This document shows, piece after piece, positions 56,066 through 64,000 of a stretch of 64,000 bases of DNA. Within the stretch, counting starts at the first letter, position 1. Every line of letters starts with the position of its first letter. The notes beneath the pieces were generated by a model. That model was not told where the DNA came from and did no database searches. It saw nothing but the letters and a program-made list of their open reading frames with translations. The position numbers and the translations under genes are program-made. Where the stretch lies: assembly GCA_020852375.1 (NCBI GenBank), contig JADZAY010000009.1, positions 12,690-76,689 of the forward strand, read 5' to 3'. This stretch comes from Candidatus Yanofskybacteria bacterium (GTDB taxonomy: Bacteria > Patescibacteriota > Minisyncoccia > 2-02-FULL-40-12 > GWA2-44-9).

Positions 56066-57184
56066 ATGTTGCGCATTCTCCGAAAACGGATAGGCCCTGT
56101 GATCGCGCTTACCTGGATTGCTGCGGTTTTCTTGCTCCCACATATCGCTCGGGCTGAATTCTTCCCGCTCATACCGTGTGGATCCGAGGCGGCAGGGCAG
56201 GTGCCGTGCACCCCATGTGATCTGTTCAAGACCGCAAAGAATCTCATTGACCTGGTACTCTACGGCGTCACGGGGCCAATCGCGGCGTTCATGATCGTGA
56301 TCGCCGGTGGCATGATCCTCTTGGGTGGCGAATACCCGGATCGCCTCAAGCAGGGAAAGGAGCTACTCCGGAACACACTGATCGGGGTCGCGATCATCTT
56401 ATTCTCGTGGGTTGCCGTAACGACGCTCATTAAGATGTTGGGTGCAGGGAGCAAGTATGACGCGTGGTACGAGTTTAGCTGTCCGATCGGGCTATCGAAT
56501 ATTCCGCCCATCGTGACCGCTACCCCAACGTCCACGGCCGTGGTCCTCCCGCCGCGGCCGGTGGCGACTCCGCCGCCAAATGTCGGCGCTCGAACGATGG
56601 CTGATGTGCTTCCGATCTGCGGGACGACGGGGGCGAACGGGAAACCATTTCAGTGCGGGGACTGCACACAGAAGGTGGATCTGGCGACCGGGAAGACATA
56701 CGGGAGCATTATGCAGCAGTATGCGGGTGGTCCGGTCACGGCTAGCCTGCTCGACGCGATCATGTATCAGGAGTCACGGTGTCAGACCGGTCTCGCAAGC
56801 AAGGCGGGAGCGTATGGCATCATGCAGATACTTCCGAGTACCGCGAACGGCTTTCGTGGCGCGTGCGGCGTTTCAGAGCGCATTAATGCCGGGTGGCTTA
56901 TGAGCGAGGTAAATACTGAGAAGAGCATTTGTATCGCCGCTGCGTATCTGAAATCGCTGGTCGGTGCTTGTGGGAACAGCCCGGTTCACCTGGCGGCAAA
57001 CTACAACGGAAGCAATGCATGCGCACCGAGCAGGGATTGCGCGAATGTGCAGAGCTGCACGGGAGAAGGAGCGATGCGCCGCTGGGAATGCCCGTGGAAC
57101 GACCCGCAACACACCAGTTCGAACACGGGGTTTATCGAGACGCGCAAATACGCACCGAATGTTGGGTACTGTGCATCACGCTAA
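56066..57184 (+). CDS. VirB2-like pilin fused to an SLT lytic transglycosylase
   Basis: LIPCG...CTPCDL plus two TMs, PT linker, AIMYQES, GAYGIMQI, ANYN. Confidence 0.85.
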   Translation: MLRILRKRIGPVIALTWIAAVFLLPHIARAEFFPLIPCGSEAAGQVPCTPCDLFKTAKNLIDLVLYGVTGPIAAFMIVIAGGMILLGGEYPDRLKQGKELLRNTLIGVAIILFSWVAVTTLIKMLGAGSKYDAWYEFSCPIGLSNIPPIVTATPTSTAVVLPPRPVATPPPNVGARTMADVLPICGTTGANGKPFQCGDCTQKVDLATGKTYGSIMQQYAGGPVTASLLDAIMYQESRCQTGLASKAGAYGIMQILPSTANGFRGACGVSERINAGWLMSEVNTEKSICIAAAYLKSLVGACGNSPVHLAANYNGSNACAPSRDCANVQSCTGEGAMRRWECPWNDPQHTSSNTGFIETRKYAPNVGYCASR

Positions 57185-57187
57185 TTT

Positions 57188-57775
57188 ATGCGACACATCA
57201 TTATTCTCTTCACGATGCTCGTAGTTGCCGGTGGCGGAGTAGTTGGGTTTGCCCGCGCTGACGACATCACCCCACAGGAGTTCTTGTACGCATTTCACCT
57301 TCGGTGGGCCGGCGGCGTTCCGACGTGGGCCGAGTCGTATGAGCTGACGACTGGCGGGCAGGTGACTCCGGAGCCGGGCGCTTGGAGACTTCGCATTATT
57401 GCTTCGAATGGGACGGTGCTCGAGGAGTACCCGGTGAACCAGCAGCAGGATGGGAAGGAAGATATGATTCTGGCCTATACCGGTCGCGGAGCGCGTGCGG
57501 TGTTGCTTGATGCGCAAGGAGTGTCGCGTTTGGAGGTGGATCTTTCTGGGAGTCAGGTGTGTAACGATGATGGTGTGTGCGATGGGCAATATGGGGAGGA
57601 CGGACGAAACTGTCCCGTAGATTGCGCCGGGAGCGTCGGCTCCGCCACGATCAGCGAGCAGGGATCGTTTGGGCGACAGGTGGGCGCATGGATGATGCGG
57701 GTGAGCTTTGCGCTTGTCGGCGTGCTCTTGCTTGGAGCCGCCCTGCGGACGCTAGACAGTCGTAGGCGAGCATAG
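57188..57775 (+). CDS. Secreted, C-terminally anchored protein with a Cys-rich CxxDGxC...CPxDC motif
   Basis: Signal peptide, CNDDGVCDGQYGEDGRNCPVDC, C-terminal TM. Confidence 0.75.
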   Translation: MRHIIILFTMLVVAGGGVVGFARADDITPQEFLYAFHLRWAGGVPTWAESYELTTGGQVTPEPGAWRLRIIASNGTVLEEYPVNQQQDGKEDMILAYTGRGARAVLLDAQGVSRLEVDLSGSQVCNDDGVCDGQYGEDGRNCPVDCAGSVGSATISEQGSFGRQVGAWMMRVSFALVGVLLLGAALRTLDSRRRA

Positions 57776-57779
57776 GATA

Positions 57780-58061
57780 ATGCACGATATGGCCGAAGTC
57801 TTTCCTATCAGAAACCCCATCGGTGTCGACAATCTGCAGGATCTGTTTGCGATGCTCAGCGAGCGCATTCTTGATATTGTCATCCCTATCGCAGTGCTCA
57901 TGTATGTTTGGGCGGGAGTGAACCTTCTGATCGCCGCGGGCGATACGGGCAAGATCAAGAAAGCGAAGGACATTATGAAGTGGACGACGGCCGGCCTGCT
58001 TATCATTTTTATCGGAGGCGGGTTCGTCGATCTGATCCGTAGTATTCTGAACGCCGGGTGA
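57780..58061 (+). CDS. TrbC/VirB2-like pilin
   Basis: NPI, TM, AAGDTGKIKKAK, TM. Confidence 0.8.
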   Translation: MHDMAEVFPIRNPIGVDNLQDLFAMLSERILDIVIPIAVLMYVWAGVNLLIAAGDTGKIKKAKDIMKWTTAGLLIIFIGGGFVDLIRSILNAG

Positions 58062-58330
58062 TCATGGACACGACGAACACATTCGGATTCGATCGGGTGG
58101 TTGCAGTGCTGAACTACCTTGCCGATACGGCTCTTCTGCTCGCCGGACTCCTGGCGGTCGTCATGATCATATGGTTCGGGCTTCGCATGGCGACCGCAAA
58201 GGGCGATCCGAAGGTATTCGATGATGCGAAGAATCACCTCATCAAGGCCGTCATCGGGGCGATGATCATCTTTGGCGTGTATACTATCATCAACACCATT
58301 GGCGGCGCAGCAGAGACGCTCACTCAATAA
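58058..58330 (+). CDS. TrbC/VirB2-like pilin
   Basis: TM, TAKGDPKVFDDAK, TM. Confidence 0.8.
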   Translation: MIMDTTNTFGFDRVVAVLNYLADTALLLAGLLAVVMIIWFGLRMATAKGDPKVFDDAKNHLIKAVIGAMIIFGVYTIINTIGGAAETLTQ

Positions 58331-58354
58331 GGACTTATCTGGTATACTTGCTCT

Positions 58355-58717
58355 ATGAGGCTTCCAAAACCACTCGCCAAGCTTGTCGTAATTCTCGGCT
58401 CATCTTCTCCGCTGCTCGCTGTGGCGCAGTCGGTTCCTGTTCCAATTGATGGAGACACCCTGACTCTTTCGAAGGTTGTAGTGCTGGTGGAAGATCTTAT
58501 TAATACGTTTTTCATCCTTGTTTCGGTGGTCATCGTGGGTGTTATGGTGTTCGCCGGCTTGAAAATGGCGACTGCACGAGGAGACGAGAAAGAGTTTGCT
58601 AAAGCGAAGCTTATGCTGAGGCAGGCAGTTATTGGTGCCGTTATCGTATTCGGGGTAGGTGTCATCATTAAAACGATCGCGGACTTTGCAACGAATCCTA
58701 CGCAAATCCTGCGCTAG
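58355..58717 (+). CDS. TrbC/VirB2-like pilin
   Basis: Signal peptide, TM, TARGDEKEFAKAK, TM. Confidence 0.82.
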   Translation: MRLPKPLAKLVVILGSSSPLLAVAQSVPVPIDGDTLTLSKVVVLVEDLINTFFILVSVVIVGVMVFAGLKMATARGDEKEFAKAKLMLRQAVIGAVIVFGVGVIIKTIADFATNPTQILR

Positions 58718-58732
58718 AAAGGGGGTGTCGCT

Positions 58733-59110
58733 ATGAAACGAACTATTCAGAAATACGGAGCAGCTGCAGCATTGTTCGCGCTGATGGTCGCACCGACCGT
58801 TGCGCTTGCGATCACGCAGCCGACGATCCCGCCGGGTGTTTCGGGGCAGACCATTAAGGGGTCTGATGTGGTGCGCATCATCAATGATGTGGTGCAGACT
58901 CTCATCACGATCAGTGTGGTTGTCGCCATCGGATACTTCATCCTTGGTGCGATCAACTACGCAACTGGGCAGAAGTTTTTGGCGGGAGATAAGGGTGATG
59001 GGAAGAGCATGATGAAGAACGCGGTGTGGGGCATCGCCCTCATGCTGGCTATCGGGCTCATCATCAACACGGTCGCCGGATTCATCAATCGCGGTCTCAA
59101 TCTCGGCTAG
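58733..59110 (+). CDS. TrbC/VirB2-like pilin
   Basis: Signal peptide, two TMs separated by a GDKGDGK loop. Confidence 0.78.
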   Translation: MKRTIQKYGAAAALFALMVAPTVALAITQPTIPPGVSGQTIKGSDVVRIINDVVQTLITISVVVAIGYFILGAINYATGQKFLAGDKGDGKSMMKNAVWGIALMLAIGLIINTVAGFINRGLNLG

Positions 59111-59167
59111 TCCATCCGTGGCCACGGATACCACAAACCCCCGGAATCGGGGGTTTGTGGTAGGGAG

Positions 59168-59249
59168 TGCGCCCGGAGGGAGTTGAACCCCCACGCCTTA
59201 CGGCACCGCCTCCTAAGGGCGGCGTGTCTGCCAATTCCACCACGGGCGC
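59168..59249 (-). tRNA. tRNA-Leu(UAG)
   Basis: CCGCC-CT-TAG-GA-GGCGG, long variable arm. Confidence 0.96.
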
Positions 59250-59321
59250 GTGCTCGGTATTGTACCGTCGGAGCGACAAAAATGAAAGCCGGTACCTACG
59301 GGTGCCGGCTTTCTGGTGGGG

Positions 59322-59723
59322 CTACTTCAATTCTATCTTCAGCCGCTTGGTCTTTGCTTTTTCGAGTGTCGGGAGGCGGATCGTGAGGATGCCGTTCTTC
59401 ATGCTTGCCTTGGCGCCGTCGGCGTCGACTTCTTCGGGAAGAATGATCGAGCGTGAGAACGGACCCCAGTAGAGCTCTTGGTAGTAGTAATTCTGGGAGC
59501 GCACCTTGGATTCAGGGGAGCGGGAGCCCTTAATGGTCACCATGTCATTCAGGATGCTGATGTCGATGTCGGCGGCAGTCGCGCCAGCGATCGTGGACTG
59601 GATGACAATGTCGCCTTCGTCGCGATAGACATCAACGGTGAGCGAGCCCTCGGGCTGTTCTTGGTCTTTCCGTGATGCGGCGAGCTGGATGTCGAGCTCT
59701 TCGTCGTTTGGGGTGTAGGGCAT
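59322..59723 (-). CDS. Hsp20/alpha-crystallin family protein
   Basis: VDVY, GPFSRSIILP, ASMKNGILTI. Confidence 0.93.
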   Translation of the reverse strand: MPYTPNDEELDIQLAASRKDQEQPEGSLTVDVYRDEGDIVIQSTIAGATAADIDISILNDMVTIKGSRSPESKVRSQNYYYQELYWGPFSRSIILPEEVDADGAKASMKNGILTIRLPTLEKAKTKRLKIELK

Positions 59724-59726
59724 AGA

Positions 59727-60452
59727 TCACGCAACGCTCGGGGTTACCCGGTCGCCTCGTTCTTTGATTTTATCAAATAACACCGATATAAGGAAAGCCA
59801 TACCCATCAACAGGGCAGTGGAGAAGAGGAGGCTTACCGAGCGGTGCATCTGCGAGATGAACAGATTGAATGTCCAATGGAATACGGTTGCAAGCGCGAA
59901 TCCGATGGCAAAGAGGGTCTTCCGGTTGGTGAAGTAGAACCATGCGAGGGCGATGAAGTATCCGAGGAGGGCGGATGATAGTGCGTGGAGCAGGGTGGCA
60001 CCGGCAAAGCGGAGCGACCAAATGCCGAGCGTTGCCGAGAGCCCATCCCCAATGACTCGGTTGATGACGAGGATGTTTTCCATTGCTGCGAATCCCATGG
60101 CCGCGGTGAGCATATAGATCATCGCATCCACTGGCTCATCGAAGTCAGGCGAGCGAAGGACTACAAAGAATACGGCGAGGTACTTTACCGCCTCCTCGAC
60201 CGCTGCGGCCCATAAATAGAATCCCGGGGTTCCTGATAGCGTTGCCGGATCTCCGCCGAACATCTTCGCGATGAGCTGGACGAAAAGGAGCTGGAACATG
60301 ATGGCAAGCGGCGACAACATGATGCCCAGGAGCAGCACCTTCGTGATGAGAACTTTCGGCTCCGGATGGCAGTCTTTGCGCAGCCAATACGCAAGCCAAA
60401 TCAGGCTAGGGAGCGAGCCAACGAATACGAGCAAGAGGTATGACCCCATCAC
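59727..60452 (-). CDS. PrsW family intramembrane protease
   Basis: PEP, VEEAVK, GFAAMEN, LLH, FH motifs. Confidence 0.9.
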   Translation of the reverse strand: MMGSYLLLVFVGSLPSLIWLAYWLRKDCHPEPKVLITKVLLLGIMLSPLAIMFQLLFVQLIAKMFGGDPATLSGTPGFYLWAAAVEEAVKYLAVFFVVLRSPDFDEPVDAMIYMLTAAMGFAAMENILVINRVIGDGLSATLGIWSLRFAGATLLHALSSALLGYFIALAWFYFTNRKTLFAIGFALATVFHWTFNLFISQMHRSVSLLFSTALLMGMAFLISVLFDKIKERGDRVTPSVA

Positions 60453-60455
60453 TCT

Positions 60456-62633
60456 CTATGGTAGCACGACCGGCCATGGTTGAACCATGAGGAGATCCTT
60501 CGGGTCGGTGGCTTCCGTGACGCGGCCCCAAAGCTCTTCGGTCACGAATGGGGCGAACGGGTGGGCGAGTTTGAGAGTTGTAGTGATGACCCATAGCAGG
60601 ATCCGAAGCGTGTTCTCCTTGAGCGCGGGATCCTGGAGCTGCGTCTTGCTGGCTTCAAGGTAGACATCAGCAAGCTCGTGCCACGCGAACTGATAGACTT
60701 GCTGGGACGCCTCGTGAAGGACGAATCGGTCGAGGTTTCCGGTGACCGCCGTGGTAACCTCTGAGAGCTTTGCCAGGATGTCCCGGTCGGCATCGGTGCG
60801 GGCTTCCGGCGCGCTCTTTGGAATGAGCGCTGCGGTGTTGTCGCAGTTCGTGTGCACGAACCGGATGATGTTCCAGAGCTTGTTCGCGAAGTACTTGTAT
60901 GCTCGGATCTTATCTTCGCTGATGCGGCTGTCGGTTCCCGGTGTGTTCCCGACGACCAGCGCCATGCGTGCGGCATCGGCGCCGTACTTTGCGGCGACTT
61001 CGATGGGATCGATGCCGTTCCCCAGCGACTTGGACATCTTGCGGCCCTGGGCGTCGCGGACAGTGCCGTGAAGGTAGACCGTCGAGAACGGGATGGTATC
61101 GAGCGCGTATCCGGTCATGAGGATCATGCGGGCGACCCAGAAGAACAAGATCTCGTACCCGGTCTCGAGGACCGCGGTCGGGTGATACGCCTGCAGATCG
61201 GCGGTCGCGTCCGGCCAGCCGAGCGTGGAGAACGTCCAGAGTGCGGAGCTGAACCAGGTGTCGAGGGTGTCGGAATCCTGCTCCCATCCGTCTCCTGCAG
61301 GCGCCTCGCCGACAGCGATCTCGTCTCCGCGGTACCAAACCGGAATGCGATGTCCGTACCAGATCTGCCGACTGATACACCAGTCGCGGAGGTTGTCGAT
61401 CCAGTGGAAGTATGTCTTTCCGAAGTGCTCGGGGATAATGCGAATGCGTCCGTCGGCGACGGGTGTGCGCATGATGTCTTTCAGGGTCGCACCGCGTCCT
61501 GGAATCTCTTTGTTCACATTCACGAACCATTGGAGCTTGGGAAGCGGCTCGATGATCCCGCCGGTGCGCTCGGCGGTTGCCACGCTCTGCGCGACCGCCT
61601 CCTCTTTTTCTAGGAGGCTTTGTTCGCGGAGCCACGCGACCACAACCTCGCGAGCTTCTGCAACTTTCTTATCCTTCAGCTCCGGTCCACCGACCGTCAT
61701 GCGAGCGTATTCATTGATGACCTGACGCGCCGGGAGATTGTGGCGCTGAGCGATCTCCCAGTCGGTCATGCTGTGGGCGGGTGTGACGCCGACGGCACCG
61801 GTTCCGAATGTTGGGTCGGCAGCCGGGTCACCGACGACCGTGATGTGCAGGGGGACGCCGCAGAATTCGACATCGTACTCCTTGCCGATGTAGGCGCGGT
61901 AGCGCTCGTCGTCCGGGTGCACGGCGACCGCGGTGTCGCCGACCTTTGTTTCGGGACGGGTCGTTGAGATAGGGATGGGGAAGTCCTTGGAGTATTTGAA
62001 CGTGTAGAGCGTTGCGGAGCGTTCTTCGTAGACGATCTCATCATCGGAAATGGTGGTTTGCCCCTTGGGGTCCCAGTTGACGATGCGGTTTCCGCGATAG
62101 ATAAGGCCATCATCATACATGCGCTTGAACACGGTGCGCACGGCGCGGGAGCGAGCGTCGTCGAGCGTGAACGCTTCTCGGTTCCAGTCGCATGACGCCC
62201 CCATAACCTTGATCTGTTCGGTGATGACGTCGTGATGGTGCCCGACGAACGCATCAATGCGTCGGAGGAGCTCTTCTCGCCCGAGATCGTGACGACTCTT
62301 TCCTTCCTTTTTCGCAATATCTTTTTCGACGACCGCTTGCGTAGCGATGGCGGCATGATCGGTGCCGGGGAGCCACAGTGTGCGGAGCCCTCGCATGCGA
62401 GCAAAGCGGATCATGATATCTTCGACCGTCAGCATGAGCGCGTGCCCCATATGCAGAACGCCGGTGACGTTCGGGGGCGGCATGATCATTGAGAACGTCG
62501 GGGCATCGGGCTTCGTAACGCCGGCGGCGATGCAAGTGTCCGGATCGAAGAAGCCGCTGGATTCCCAGCGGGCATAGATGGCCTTTTCGGCCGAGGCGGG
62601 ATCGTAGTTTTTTGGGAACTCTGACTGGTTCAT
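60456..62633 (-). CDS. valS: Valine--tRNA ligase
   Basis: PPPNVTG.LHMGH, DHAAIATQ, WCISRQ, KMSKS. Confidence 0.97.
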   Translation of the reverse strand: MNQSEFPKNYDPASAEKAIYARWESSGFFDPDTCIAAGVTKPDAPTFSMIMPPPNVTGVLHMGHALMLTVEDIMIRFARMRGLRTLWLPGTDHAAIATQAVVEKDIAKKEGKSRHDLGREELLRRIDAFVGHHHDVITEQIKVMGASCDWNREAFTLDDARSRAVRTVFKRMYDDGLIYRGNRIVNWDPKGQTTISDDEIVYEERSATLYTFKYSKDFPIPISTTRPETKVGDTAVAVHPDDERYRAYIGKEYDVEFCGVPLHITVVGDPAADPTFGTGAVGVTPAHSMTDWEIAQRHNLPARQVINEYARMTVGGPELKDKKVAEAREVVVAWLREQSLLEKEEAVAQSVATAERTGGIIEPLPKLQWFVNVNKEIPGRGATLKDIMRTPVADGRIRIIPEHFGKTYFHWIDNLRDWCISRQIWYGHRIPVWYRGDEIAVGEAPAGDGWEQDSDTLDTWFSSALWTFSTLGWPDATADLQAYHPTAVLETGYEILFFWVARMILMTGYALDTIPFSTVYLHGTVRDAQGRKMSKSLGNGIDPIEVAAKYGADAARMALVVGNTPGTDSRISEDKIRAYKYFANKLWNIIRFVHTNCDNTAALIPKSAPEARTDADRDILAKLSEVTTAVTGNLDRFVLHEASQQVYQFAWHELADVYLEASKTQLQDPALKENTLRILLWVITTTLKLAHPFAPFVTEELWGRVTEATDPKDLLMVQPWPVVLP

Positions 62634-63676
62634 GCTGTTGTATTCTGCCCCAACCGGAGGTTTGCGTCCATGGCTGGCTGCTCTGGCGTCGGGGATGAGT
62701 AGTATCCCGCGACTGCGATCATAGCGGCGTTGTCGGTTGTGTAGCGCAGCTCAGGAAGGATGCAGATCATGCCATTGGCCTGGCATGCGGCGGCGAGGCG
62801 TTCGCGAAGCAGGGCATTCGCGCTCACCCCTCCGGAAAGCAGGAGGGTGCCGATGCCGTGGTGTGTAGCAGCGCGGATCGCTTTTTGGACCACGACGTCG
62901 ATCGCCGCTTCTTGGAACGATGCCGCAATGTCCGCCTTCTCCTGATCGGTCAGTGGCCGCGCGTTGTTCGTGATGTCTCGGATCAGGTAGAGGACGGCGG
63001 TCTTCAGCCCGCTGTAGGAGAAATTGAACGTGTCGGATTTGAGCATGGGGCGAGGGAGCTGATAGCGCATCGGATCTCCGGAGCGGGCGAGCGCCGATAT
63101 CTTCGGGCCGCCCGGGTATGACAATCCGAGCAGGCGAGCGACCTTGTCGAATGCTTCACCAATGGCGTCGTCGAGTGTTTCTCCGACGATCTCATATGAG
63201 CCATGGTCGCGCATGAGAACGAGGTCCGTGTGGCCTCCCGATACGATGAGATTGAGCGCTGGAAAGCGGATGTCGGCAGCCGGGAAGTGCTCCGAGAGCC
63301 AGTTCGAGTGGATGTGCCCGTCCATGTGGTCCACGCCGACAACGGGAATCTCAAGTTTCCACGAGAGCGCTCGTGCGAATGTAAGACCCACTAGGAGGGC
63401 GGGAGCGAGGCCCGGGCCGCGAGTGACGGCGATGCGATCGATGTGCGGATGTCCGGCTTCTGCGAGCGCGCGCTCAACAACGGGTCCGATATTTGCCGCA
63501 TGCTCTCGCGCGGCGAGCGCCGGAACGACACCGCCGTATTGTTCGTGCAGTGCCACCTGCGATGAGACGACGTTCGCGTGCACCCGAACGTCAGCTCCCC
63601 CGTCGGTGCGGGGGAGGAGCTCAACGACAGCCGCTGCCGTCTCATCACATGATGTCTCGATGCCGAGTATCTTCAT
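62630..63676 (-). CDS. tsaD: tRNA t6A37 threonylcarbamoyltransferase
   Basis: GIETSCDET, HMDGH, SGGHT, GEAFDK, TDNAAMI. Confidence 0.97.
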   Translation of the reverse strand: MKILGIETSCDETAAAVVELLPRTDGGADVRVHANVVSSQVALHEQYGGVVPALAAREHAANIGPVVERALAEAGHPHIDRIAVTRGPGLAPALLVGLTFARALSWKLEIPVVGVDHMDGHIHSNWLSEHFPAADIRFPALNLIVSGGHTDLVLMRDHGSYEIVGETLDDAIGEAFDKVARLLGLSYPGGPKISALARSGDPMRYQLPRPMLKSDTFNFSYSGLKTAVLYLIRDITNNARPLTDQEKADIAASFQEAAIDVVVQKAIRAATHHGIGTLLLSGGVSANALLRERLAAACQANGMICILPELRYTTDNAAMIAVAGYYSSPTPEQPAMDANLRLGQNTTA

Positions 63677-63679
63677 TTG

Positions 63680-63754
63680 TAGCGCCGACGGGATTTGAAC
63701 CCGTGTTACTGGGATGAAAACCCAGCGTCCTAGACCGGGCTAGACGACGGCGCC
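63680..63754 (-). tRNA. tRNA-Glu(UUC)
   Basis: CTGGG-TT-TTC-AT-CCCAG. Confidence 0.95.
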
Positions 63755-63804
63755 ATTTGACAACAATTTATTTTAACAGAATTATTGGTTTTTTCAATAC
63801 TTCC

Positions 63805-63840
63805 TCACGAAAAATCCCCCGTGTGGGGGATTTTTCGTGA
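63805..63840 (-). terminator. Intrinsic terminator after rplT
   Basis: TCACGAAAAATCCCCC-GTGT-GGGGGATTTTTCGTGA. Confidence 0.75.
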
Positions 63841-63846
63841 GACATA

Positions 63847-64000
63847 CTACTTTGTTGCGAGGATCTGGGAGAAGATCTCGGGGTGCTTCGCGGCGAGAAC
63901 CGAGAGGACTTTTCGATCGAGGGCAATGTTCGCCGCTTTGAGCTGGGCGATGAGCTTCGAGTACGAGACGCCATTCTCCTGAGCAGCCGCATTCACGCGG
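63847..64000 (-). CDS. rplT: 50S ribosomal protein L20 (3' part)
   Basis: RVNAAAQENGVSYSKLIAQLKAANIALDRKVLSVLA. Confidence 0.93.
   Translation of the reverse strand, partial: RVNAAAQENGVSYSKLIAQLKAANIALDRKVLSVLAAKHPEIFSQILATK

Noticed and set aside
60456-62633. ValRS lacking the C-terminal coiled-coil arm as a pseudogene
   Set aside because: Catalytic and anticodon-binding domains are intact and the next gene follows immediately; a short form rather than decay
1-64000. CRISPR array, prophage or IS element
   Set aside because: No regularly spaced identical repeats with unique spacers; no cas, integrase, transposase or phage structural genes recognised
1-64000. Alternative genetic code 25 (UGA = Gly)
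   Set aside because: TGA terminates genes such as ruvB, ruvC, tsaD and yebC, with ATGA couplings

Overview
Origin-proximal chromosome segment of a small-genome bacterium, most likely Patescibacteria/CPR (Parcubacteria-like). This is inferred from gene content: jag-yidC-yidD-rnpA-rpmH-dnaA-dnaN, a domesticated PrgI/VirB4/VirB6 locus, a VirB2-like pilin array, short ValRS, and mostly CCA-less tRNA genes. Genetic code 11. About 60 CDS are mostly housekeeping, and there are 16 tRNA genes. Main non-routine signals: (1) seven ~115-140 bp Y-shaped palindromic elements downstream of six different tRNA genes. Each has ends copied from its own host tRNA (inverted T-arm on the left, direct T-arm/acceptor on the right) around a shared core with compensatory base changes. 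They co-occur with tRNA-adjacent HNH and GIY-YIG nuclease genes, a second tRNA-trailer repeat family and a low-GC cargo gene bounded by tRNA-like ends. (2) A ~226-nt four-way-junction RNA candidate behind a near-consensus sigma70 promoter between pilB and ruvB. (3) A 206-nt group I intron in tRNA-Phe. (4) tRNA-Ile(UAU) and tRNA-Arg(UCG). (5) An ECF promoter motif deduced from the sequence, an unannotated 45-aa poly-acidic ORF and pervasive leaderless starts. All structures were folded by eye; no database searches were run.
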